A stretch of DNA of 63,437 nt, counting the filler, from Chiloscyllium plagiosum (Eukaryota), in NCBI RefSeq assembly GCF_004010195.1. It is 7 parts of one record of this genome, joined end to end, with 100 filler letters (N's around TTAATTAATTAA, not from the genome) between each part and the next. Parts side by side here need not be neighbours in the genome. Positions count along the whole stretch, not along the records: positions 35,578 to 46,632 come from NC_057716.1; 6 more parts are not named here. One strand, written 5' to 3'. Both the position numbers and the translations under genes were made by a program. Positions within the stretch are counted from its first letter, which is position 1. Every line of letters starts with the position of its first letter. Under the pieces are notes generated by a model. It was not told where the DNA came from and did no database searches. It saw only the letters and a program-made list of their open reading frames with translations. Positions 36,667 to 46,732 of this stretch are shown here, in pieces.

Positions 36667-38696
36667 GTAAGTATACAAAAAGCAATTTCATTAAACTATC
36701 CAGATTCAACTTCAGAAAATAATTGGTTTTCCTGCTTTCCCTGTCTGGTAACTGCTCGATCACCTCAGTAATTGTAATTTCTCTTCCTGACTTGGTTAAT
36801 GTTCTGATACAATCAGTGACTTTGCCCTCCTTGAAGTTAACAGTGAGTCAAGGGGGAATTTCCATTTGAAAATGCCTACTTCCAGAAAGAGAATACGCAA
36901 ATCTTAGCAGGACTTATACACTTAATGGTAAGGTCCTGGGAGCGTTACTGAACAAAGAGACCTTGGAGTGCAGGTTCATAGCTTCTTGAAAGTAGAGTCG
37001 CAGTTGGATAGGATAGTGAAGAAAGCATTTGGTATGCTTTCCTTTATTGGCCAGAGCACCTCAGGAGTTGCAAGGTCATGTTGCAGCTGTACAGGACACT
37101 TTTGGAATATTACGTGCAATTCTGGTCTCCTTCCTATCGGAAAGATGCTGTGAAACTTGAAAGGGTTCAAAAAAGATTTAGAAGGATGTTGCCAGGGTTG
37201 GAAGGGTTATAGGGAGAGGCTGAACAGGCTGGGGCTGTTTTCCTTGGAGTGTTGGAGGCTGAGGTTTACAAAATTATGAGGGGCTTGATTTTACCTGGGG
37301 TGGGGGAGTCCAGTACTAGAGACCATGGGTTTAGGGTAAGAGGGGAGAGATATAAAAGGGACCTAAAGGGCAACCTTTTCATGCAGAGGGTGGTGCATGA
37401 ATGGAATGAGCTGCCAGAGGAAGGGGTGGTGGCTGGTACAGCATTTAAAGGGCATATGAATAGGAAGAGTTGAGAGGGATATGGGCCAAGTGCTGGCAAA
37501 TGGGACTAGATTAGGTTGGGATATCTGGTCGGCATGGACAAGTTGGACCAAAAGGTCCGTGCTGTACATCTCAATGACTCTATGACTCAATGCATAACCT
37601 TAACTTTATAATTTTCCACACTGGATTCCATTTGCCAATTTTTTCCCTAATCTCCGAGCCTGAGTAAGCCCTTCTGCAGCCTCCCCACTTCCTCAACTCT
37701 ACCTGTCCTTCCACCTATCTTTGTGTCATCTGAAAACTTAGCGACAATGCCTTCAGTTCCTTGGTCTGAATCATTTATGTATACCATGTAAAGTTGCGGT
37801 TCCAACACAGACCCTGCAGAACTCCACCCGTTACTAGCTGCCATTCTGAAAAAGATCCCTTTATCCCTACTTTCTGCCTTTTGCCAGTCAGCCAATCCTT
37901 TGTCCGTACCTGTAACACCAGGGACTCTTATATATTAGCTTCCTGTGTGGAACCTCGTGGAAATCCAAATTAAAAGTTTTAGAACATAGAACATAGAACA
38001 TAGAAGAATACAGCGCAGTACAGGCCCTTGGGCCCTCGATGTTGCGCCGATCCAAGCCCACCTAAACTACACTAACCCACTATCCTCCATATACCTATCC
38101 AATGCCCTCTTAAATGCCCATAAAGAGGGAGAGTCCACCACTGTTACTGGCAGGGCATTCCATGAACTAACGACTCGCTGAGTGAAGAACCTACCCCTAA
38201 CATCAGTCCTATATCTACCCCCCCTTAATTTAAAGCTATGCCCCCTTGTAATACCCGACTCAATACGCGGGAAAAGGTTCATACTGTCGACCCTATCTAA
38301 CCCCCTAATCATCTTGTACACCTCAAATCCAAATCAATCATGTTCATTAGCAGTCTTTTGTCTAACTTGCCTGTTACCTCCTCAAAGGATTCTAACAGAA
38401 TTTTAAGGCACAACCTTTCCTTGACAAAGCCTTGCTGACTCCATCTCAGTTTACCATGTACTGCCAAGTACTCCGCAATCTCATCTTTAATAATGGTGTC
38501 TAAAAGCTGACCAATGACCAAGGTCAGGCTAACTGTCCCATGGTTTCCTAACCTCTGCTTTCGTCCCTTCTAAAGCTGAATGTTAAATTAGGCACTCTGG
38601 GAGGATCCCTGATTCCAGTGATTCCTGAATGAGCACCACCAATGCCTTCACAATCTCCTCAGCGATTTATTTCAGTAATCAATTTCCTTTAGGACA

Positions 38697-39043
38697 TCAC
38701 GGTGTCTCCGTGGTTAGCACTACTGCTTCACAGCATCAGGAACCCAGGTTTGATTCCACCCTCAAGCAACTATGTGGAGTTTGCACATTCTCCCCGTGTC
38801 TGCATGACTTTCTGCCAGGTGCTCTGGTTTCCTCTCACTGTCCAAAGATGTGCAATTTAGGTCGATTTGCCATGCTAAATTATCCAGAGTGTTCAGGAAT
38901 GTATCAGTTAGGTGTATGAGCCATGAGAAATGCAGGTTTACAGAGATAGGGTAAGGGAATGGTACTGGGTGAGATGCTCTTTGGTGGATTGGCGTGGACT
39001 TGTTGAGCCAAATGGCCTGTTTCCTCATTGTAGTGATTCTAAG
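38697..39043 (+). mobile_element. HE1/V-SINE-like SINE (further copies: - 39910-40241, - 40410-40716, - 46897-47211, + 54433-54759)
   Basis: tRNA-like head gtggttagcactactgcttcacag..ccaggtttgattcc and V-domain-like body ggagtttgcacattctccccgtgtctgc. Confidence 0.85.
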
Positions 39044-39063
39044 ATGTAGTCCATCTGGTTTAC

Positions 39064-39240
39064 AAAGTTAAAAATCACACAACACCAGGTTATAGTCCAA
39101 CAAGTTTAATTGGAAGCACACTAGCTTTCGGAGTGCCACTCCTCGATGAAGGAGCTCCGAAAGCTAGTGCTTCCAATTAAACCTGTTGTGTGATTTTTAA
39201 TTTTGTACACCCCAATCCAACACCGGCATCTCCAAATCAT
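39064..39240. mobile_element. Hairpin derivative of PLE family B terminal repeat (another decayed copy at ~63055-63250)
   Basis: Inverted arms gtttaattggaagcacactagctttcggag / ctccgaaagctagtgcttccaattaaac, matching the terminus at 55209-55297. ccatctggttt is duplicated on the flanks. Confidence 0.7.
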
Positions 39241-40764
39241 CCATCTGGTTTGGGTGAATTATCCATTTTCAGAACTCTCGGCTTCTGCAGCACCTTCTCC
39301 TTAGTGATGGTCACAACATTCCCTCTGCTCCCTGACTCTCTTGAAGTTCTAGAAGGCTGTTGGTGTCTTCCACTGTGTAAACTGATGCAAAGGGCCTATT
39401 CAATTCCTCTGCCATTTATTTGCTCTGCATTACTACTTCTCCAGCCTCATTTTTCAGCAGTTCAATTTCCACTCTTGCCTCTCTCTTACCTATTACATCT
39501 CTAAACAAATGTCATTTTTATTAGCTAGCTTACTGTCATATTTCATCTTCTCCATCCTTATTACCTTTTTAGTTATCCTCTGCTGATTGTTAAAGGCTTC
39601 CCACTAATCTTCACTGCTTTTTCTTTTACGTTTGCTTTTCTGCCTTCTCTGACTTCCCTTGCCAGCTGTGAATGCCCTTGGTATGTTCCTTATTCCTTGG
39701 GATGATTTCTCTTTTGCAACACACACCTGGAGTTAGATAACTGAATAGTCCCCCCACCGCTAACATATCAAAGTGAATTTTGGACAGACCTGAGCTCTCC
39801 ACTATTTAGTGAATCAAGATTAAATTGTAACCAATCTGTCCACATGCTATAAAGGTATATTCTATTTGAATTGTTGCAGCACTCTAAGAGACCATTCAGC
39901 CGCTGTCTGTAGAATTAGAATCCCTACAGTGTGGAAACATGCCCTTCAGCCCAACAAGCCGACACTGACCTTCTGATGAGTAAACCACCCAGACCCATTC
40001 CCTACTTAATATATTTACCTTAACCTACACATCCCTGTACACCATGGGCAATTTAACATGGCTTATTCACCTAATCTGCACACCTTTGGACTGTGGGAGG
40101 AAACCAGAGCACCTAAAGGAAACCCACACAGGCACAGGGAGAGTGTGCAAATCCACACAGACAGTTGCTTGAAGATGGAATCAAACCCAGGTCCCTGGTA
40201 TTGTGAGGAGCAGTGCTAACCACTGAGCCACTGTGCTGCCCTAAACTGGCTCTGCAAAGAAGCATTATGACTTAGTATCATACTTCCGCCTTTTCCCCTG
40301 TAACCTTTGCATGTTGTTTCTCTTCAATTAACCATTCAATCTCCTCTTGAAGGCTTCAATTGAATCTGCCTCCACCACATTTGCAGGCAATGCATACAAT
40401 ATATCATGCAAATCATAAAATCCCTCCAATGCAGAGAAAGGCCATGCGGCTCATTGTAACACACCGAGCCTCCGAAGAGCATCCCACTTAATCCCTGTAA
40501 CCACCCCGTTACTGTGGCTCATCCATAGAGCGTGCACATCCCTGGACAGGAAAGGGCAATTTAACTTGGTGAATCCATCTAACCTGCACATCCTCGGACT
40601 GTGAGAGGAAACTGGAGCACCCGTTGGAAACTCATGCAGACATGGGGAGAATGTGCAAACTCCACATCATTACCCAAAGCTGGGATAGAACCCAGGTCCC
40701 TGGCACTGTGCCACCCCTAAATCAATTTATATTGGTGCTCTCCCATTCTTGTTTGTTTTCTGAG

Positions 40765-41183
40765 CCCAGCCTAGTGGTATTACCCCTTTGCAGTTACAAG
40801 TGACATAACCCCTTGTCACTAGTTCAGGGACATTACTCCTTGCAGTCCAATAATATTACTCCTTTGTAATTACAAGTCTAGTGACAATACACCTTTACAG
40901 TTACTAGTGAAGTGACATTACCCCTTTGCATTTGCTAGTTCAGTGACATTTGCAGTCACTAGCCCAGTAGGATTATCTCTTTGCGGTTATCAGCCCAAGT
41001 GATATTCACCCTTTGCGGATATTAGTATAGTGATATGACTCATTTGCATTCACTAGTCTAGTCACAGTACTGCTATGCAGATTCTAGTCCAGTGATATTA
41101 CTCCTTTGTAATTACAAGCTTAGTGACATTACCCCTTTGTACTCACTAGTCCAGTGACATTACTCCTTTGCAGTTTCCAGTCA
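40765..41183. repeat. Degenerate 31-bp minisatellite, first block
   Basis: Unit approximately ctagtccagtgacattacccctttgcagtta, about 13 diverged copies. Confidence 0.85.
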
Positions 41184-41760
41184 AAGAACAAGAACATAGA
41201 ACAAAGCAAAGTCCAGCCCTTCAGCCGTCCAAGCCTGTGCTATTCATCATCCCCTAAGTAAACTAAAAAAAAACCAACCTACTGTCCTTATTCGGTCTCT
41301 ATCCCTCTATTGCCTCCCTATTCATGTAACCATCCAGGTGCCTCTGAAATGATTAGTAGTGTCTGCTTTCACCATCTCTTCTGGTAATGTGTTTCAGGCT
41401 CCTACCGCTTTCTGTGTGGAAGGCTTCCCTCACACATCTCCCTTAAATTTTCCCCTTCTCACCTTGATCCTGTGCCCTCCTTATAATTGAAACTTCAACC
41501 CTGGGGAAAAAACTCCTGACTCTCCACCCTATCTATGCCTCTCATCATTTTGTAGCCCTCTCTTAGGTCTCCTCTCATTTCATTCCAGTGAAAACAGTCC
41601 TGGTCTTCTTAACCTTTCCTCATAGCCAATACCCTCAAGACCAGACAACGTTGTGGTGAACCTTCTCTGCACTGTCTCTGCACTCTGCACTTGTAGTGTG
41701 GCGACTAAAACTGCACACGATACTCCAAATGCTCCCTAACATGGGTATTATACAGCTGCA
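41184..41760 (-). mobile_element. CR1 3' end
   Basis: (AGAAC)-type tail and reverse-complemented CR1 3' UTR/RT end. Confidence 0.75.
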
Positions 41761-43468
41761 AGAAAGTGAGAACTGCAGATGCTGGAGATCAAAGTGTGGA
41801 GCTGGAAAAGCACAGCCGGTCAGGCAGCATCTCATGAGCAGGAGAATTGACGTTTCGAGCATAAGCTCTTCATCAGGAATGGGACTTGTGGCCCGAAGGG
41901 GCTGAGAGATAAATGGGAAGGGGTTGGGGCTGGGGGAAAGATAGCCCGGAGATGAAGTATGGGGTGAAGGTGATAGGCCGGAGTGGAGGGTGGAGCAGAT
42001 CGGTGGGAAGGAAGACGGACAAATAGGACAGTCCAAAAGGGCGGTGCTGAGTTGAAAGGTTGGAGCTGGGATAAGGTGGGGGGAGGGGAAATTAGGTTAC
42101 TTTAATTCCTTGCAGTTCCCAGTCGGTGGGTTTGTAGAAAATGTCAGTGTCAAGTCGGTCATCACTGATGGAGATGGAGAGGTCGAGGAAGGGGAGGGAG
42201 ATGTCAGAGATGGTCCAGGTAAATTTAAGGTCAGGGTGGAATGTGTTGGTGAAGTTGATGAATTGCTCAACCTCCTCGCGGGAGCACGAGGTGGCGCCAA
42301 TGCAGTCATCAATGTAGCGGAGGAAGAGGTGGGGAGTGGTGCCGGTGTAATTACGGGAGATCAACTGTTCTATGTAGCCAACAAAGAGACAGGCATATCT
42401 GGGGCCCATACGTGTGCCCATGGCTACCCCAAACCCACCGACTCCCACAGCTACCTGGATTACACCTCTTCCCACCCTATCTCTTGCAAAAATGCCATCC
42501 CGTATTCCCAATTCCTCCGCCTCCGCCATATCTGCTCCCAGGAGGACCAGTTCCACCATAGAACACACCAGATGGCCTCCTTTAGAGACCGCAATTTCCC
42601 TTCCCACCACNNNNNNNNNNNNNNNNNNNNNNNNNNNNNNNNNNNNNNNNNNNNNNNNNNNNNNNNNNNNNNNNNNNNNNNNNNNNNNNNNNNNNNNNNN
42701 NNNNNNNNNNNNNNNNNNNNNNNNNNNNNNNNNNNNNNNNNNNNNNNNNNNNNNNNNNNNNNNNNNNNNNNNNNNNNNNNNNNNNNNNNNNNNNNNNNNN
42801 NNNNNNNNNNNNNNNNNNNNNNNNNNNNNNNNNNNNNNNNNNNNNNNNNNNNNNNNNNNNNNNNNNNNNNNNNNNNNNNNNNNNNNNNNNNNNNNNNNNN
42901 NNNNNNNNNNNNNNNNNNNNNNNNNNNNNNNNNNNNNNNNNNNNNNNNNNNNNNNNNNNNNNNNNNNNNNNNNNNNNNNNNNNNNNNNNNNNNNNNNNNN
43001 NNNNNNNNNNNNNNNNNNNNNNNNNNNNNNNNNNNNNNNNNNNNNNNNNNNNNNNNNNNNNNNNNNNNNNNNNNNNNNNNNNNNNNNNNNNNNNNNNNNN
43101 NNNNNNNNNNNNNNNNNNNNNNNNNNNNNNNNNNNNNNNNNNNNNNNNNNNNNNNNNNNNNNNNNNNNNNNNNNNNNTCGATTTTCCAGCTCCTCAGATG
43201 CTGCCTGACCAGCTGTGCTTTTCCAGCACCACACTCTGACCTATTGTACTCTATGCTACTCTCTCCCCACCCCCATCCTCCTCTAGCTTTTCTCTCCACG
43301 CTTCAGGCTCTCTGCCTTTATTCCTGATGAAGGGCTTTTGCCCGAAACGTCGATTTTGCCTGTCCTCGGATTTTGCCTGTCCTCGGATGCTGCCTGAACT
43401 GCTGTGCTCTTCCAGCACCACTGATCCAGAATCTGGTTTCCAGCATCTGCAATCATTGTTTTTACCTC
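41761..43468. mobile_element. Composite/rearranged PLE family A (RT fragment, internal inversion, several terminal repeats; gap 42611-43177)
   Basis: Minus strand GVAMGTRMGPRYACLFVGY..LFLRYIDDCIG..FHPDLKFT..LPFLDL..TDIFYKPTD. Plus strand KPTDSHSYLDYTSSHP..KNAIPYSQFLRLR. Hammerhead-bearing termini at 41845-41880 (-) and 43320-43355 (+). Confidence 0.88.
43320..43355 (+). ncRNA. Minimal hammerhead ribozyme motif (PLE family A)
   Basis: AUUC-CUGAUGA-A-GGGC-UUUU-GCCC-GAAA-CGUC^GAUU. Intact core; stem I has one U.U mismatch. Confidence 0.72.
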
Positions 43469-43760
43469 AGTGACATTCATTACCCATTTCCAATTACCAG
43501 TCCAGTGACATTACCTCTTAGCAGTTATTAGCCCAGTCAAATTTGCCCTTTACAGTTACTAGTCCAGTGACAATACCCCTTTGCATTTATTAGCCTAGTC
43601 ACATTACTCCTTTGCAGTTTCTAGTCCAGTGATGTTATCCCATTGCAGTTAGTACCCAAGTGCTATTACTCCTTTACAGTAATTAGCCAAGTGTGATTAC
43701 TCCTTTGCAGTAACTAACCATTATCTGTTTGCAGTTAGGAGCCCAGTGAGATTACTCTTC
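43469..43760. repeat. Degenerate 31-bp minisatellite, second block
   Basis: ccagt anchors recur at 43502, 43533 and 43564 (period 31); same unit as 40765-41183. Confidence 0.85.
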
Positions 43761-43958
43761 CTTCACTGTCCCTTGGTACTGGGCTGTTTGATGAGAGTCA
43801 CCAAACTTATAGAAGGAGCAGCTATCATGAGCGAGGGTAGCTTTGAGGTTTAAAGGAGATAAGGTCCAATAGGCCAGGCCATTTGTGTTGAAATTAATTC
43901 GAACGTAGTACGATCTATTTGCATCTCATTCTTAAATTGATGCTTTTTTCTTTTGAAG

Positions 43959-44887
43959 GGACTGATGCTTTTATCAATCCTTCAACGGAGCCCCTGTGTC
44001 AAATTTCAGAAAAAGGAGTCAACATCAAAATGGACATGGCGCCACGTTCCGTCGATTACTACTTCTTACAGAGCCTGGAGTCGGATAAAATTGCAATAGA
44101 CTATGCTAAGGTGGAACATAAGAACAATGCAACGTTCTACGGGGAGGCCTGGGATACAGCCTATCGTGAATGGCAGCTCAGAAAAAAGGAGCTCCAAGTT
44201 CCTGCTGGCCTCCTGGAAGAGCATGTCATCGCAATCCTGTGCTACACCCTCGACAGCCCGCCACTCTACAGCTATTTCAACATGGCTCTTCGAAACTATG
44301 GCGCCAGTGATAAAATGTATTCTGAATGTTTCCACTACAAAAGTCTGCACTACCTTCTGTCTGTGGCTCTGAGTACGTTACGGAACAGTTCTTGGGGTCC
44401 TGATCCAGGAACACAGGTCTACAGGACAATAAATAGAGAGGTTCTGGTCAGTAAAGGAGCGCATATCCGCTTTGGCCAGTTCGCTTCAACATCTCTGAGC
44501 ATGCTCGAGTCAGTCTCAACATTCACAGACAAGGAATCGAGCAGCAACACACTCTTTAACATCACCACTTCCCTGGGTGTTGCCATCCAAAACTTCTCCT
44601 TCTTTCGTAGGGAAGAGGAAGTGCTCATTCCGCCGTATGAGGTGTTTAATGTGACCAATGTCATCAATTGGGAAGATGACTTTGGGGTACGAGGTGTTAA
44701 CATTGTCCTGTCATCGATTGGACACAAAGAAACAGTGGTCAAACTCGAGTCAGAAGGCCCAGGACATCTTCGTGTGGTGAGGATTCAGGAACCTGTGTCT
44801 CCATTGTGGTTCTCCCTTTTGGCAGTCATCGGGCTCCTGTTGCTTGCCACTTGTATTTTTGTTTTGAAGAAACGGAAATTTATCTAA
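43959..44887 (+). CDS. Ecto-ADP-ribosyltransferase (ARTC / R-S-E family) main exon: catalytic domain plus C-terminal transmembrane helix
   Basis: Acceptor ttttttcttttgaAG| at 43957-43958. Uninterrupted frame with ARTC hallmarks: MDMAPRSVD (cf. LDMA..SFDDQY), AILCYT..LYSYFNMA, FHYKSLHYLLS.AL, VYR (catalytic R), IRFGQFASTS (STS), FSFFRREEEVLIPPYEVFNV (ExE). Hydrophobic LWFSLLAVIGLLLLATCIFVL then KKRKFI*. With the 36624-36666 exon this gives 323 aa. Confidence 0.9.
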
Positions 44888-44940
44888 TCTCCTGCTTGAT
44901 TGGAGTGTGCAAAAATAGAGAAGATGCACTCACATGGCAC

Positions 44941-44946
44941 AATAAA
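44941..44946 (+). promoter_or_regulatory. Candidate polyadenylation signal of the ART gene
   Basis: AATAAA 54 nt after the stop codon, followed by T-rich sequence. Confidence 0.5.
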
Positions 44947-45109
44947 ATTAATTCAAAATCTGCTCACTTCTCTTCCATTTGTTTAATTTATGATTCTTCC
45001 ATTATCCAAGTGTCACAACAAAGATTATTAAAAATGAACATCCAGATGCATTACTTCATTTGCAGCCAGAAGTAAAAGTGTACACATACACAAAGGTAGG
45101 GAAACAGCA

Positions 45110-46632
45110 ATAGACAAAGCTACAGACTGAGCCAGAGACACTGTTATACAGAGCAATAGACAGAGACAGAGATACAGTTACCCAAAGCTACAGACAGAGC
45201 CAGAGATACAGTTACCCAAAGCTACAGACAGAGCCAGAGATCCAGTTATACAAAGCTACAGATTGAGCCAGGGACACTGCTAAACAAAGCTGTAGACAGG
45301 TCCAGAGGTACAGTTACACAAAACTACAGACAAAACTAGAGACACAGTTACACAAAGCTACAGACAGAGCCAGAGATACAGTTACACAAAGCTATAGACA
45401 GAGCCAGAGATACAGTTACACAAAGCTACAGACAGAGCCAGAGATACAATTAAACAAAGCTACAGATTGAACCAGAGATTCAGTTACACAAAGCTATAGA
45501 CAGGGACAGAGACACAGTCACACAAAGCAACAGACAAAACCAGAGATGCAGTTACAGAAAATATGGACAGGGCCAGAGACACAGTTACACAAAGCTACAG
45601 ACAAAGCCAGAGACACAGTTACATAAAGCTATAGACAGAGCCAGAGATACAGTTACACAAAGTTACAGACTGAGTCAGAGACACTGTTATACAAAACTAT
45701 AGACAGAGCCAGAGATACAGTTACACAAAGCTGTAGACAGAGCCAGAGATACAGTTACCCAAAGCTACAGACAGGGCCAGAGATACAGTTACACAAAGCT
45801 ACAGATTGAGCCAGAGACACTGTTATACAAAGCCATAGACCAGGCCAGAGGTACAGTTACACACAGCTACAGATTGAGCCAGAGACACTGTTACACAAAG
45901 CTATAGACAGAGCCAGAGATACATTTACACAAAGCTGTAGACAGGGCCAGAGATACAGTTACACAAAACTACAGATGGAGCCAGAGACACTGTTACACAA
46001 AGCTATAAACAGAGCCAGAGATACAGTTACACAAAGCTACAGATTGAGCAAGAGATACAGTTACACAAAGCTACAGACAGGGCTACAGATACAGTTACAC
46101 AAAGCTACAGAAAGAGCCAGAGACACCTATCCAGAAAGCTTCAGATTGAGCCAGAGACACTGTTATACAAAGCTATTGTCAGGGGCAGAGATACAGTTAC
46201 ACAAAGCTATCGACAGGGCCAGAGATACAGTTACCTAAAGTTACAGACAGAGTCAGAGACACATTTACACAAAGATACAGGCAGAGCAAGAGACACAGTT
46301 ACACAATGCTACAGAGTCAGAGATACAGTTACACAAAGATACAGACATAGCCAGAGACACAGTTACATATAGCTATAGACTGGGCCAGAGATACTGTTAC
46401 ACAAAAGCTATAGATAGGGTAAAAGATACAGTTACACAAAGCTACAGACAGAGTCAGAGATACAGGGACACAAAGATACAGACAGAGCCAGAGACACACT
46501 TACACAAAGTTCCAGACAGAGCCAGAGATACAGTTACACAAAGCTATAGACAGAACCAGAGATACAGTTACACAAAGCTACATTCAGAGCCAGAGACACT
46601 GTTACACAAAGCTACAGACAGGGCCAAAGACA
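45110..46632. repeat. 34-bp minisatellite, ~45 copies, truncated by the scaffold join
   Basis: Unit ACAGACAGAGCCAGAGATACAGTTACACAAAGCT; for example cccaaagct recurs at 45181 and 45215. Confidence 0.97.
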
Positions 46633-46732
46633 NNNNNNNNNNNNNNNNNNNNNNNNNNNNNNNNNNNNNNNNNNNNTTAATTAATTAANNNNNNNNNNNN
46701 NNNNNNNNNNNNNNNNNNNNNNNNNNNNNNNN

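Larger units (their letters stand above)
36890..39690. mobile_element. Nested CR1 fragments (+ 36890-37590; - 37590-39690) containing a young CR1 tail (- 37980-38325)
   Basis: RT/3' UTR motifs (KFSDDTKIGG; FFTQRVVSSWNALP) and (AGAACAT)n tail repeats at 37980-38005. Confidence 0.8.

Noticed and set aside
43919..43958. ORF-track N-terminus MHLILKLMLFSFE as the ART start
   Set aside because: Begins at TTG and coincides with a polypyrimidine tract and AG acceptor; better explained as intron.
45110..46632. CRISPR-like array
   Set aside because: Contiguous 34-bp units without unique spacers in a vertebrate genome; it is a minisatellite.
35578..46632. ART gene nested in a CPS1 intron
   Set aside because: An unsized artificial join separates them and no downstream CPS1 exon is visible, so nesting cannot be claimed.
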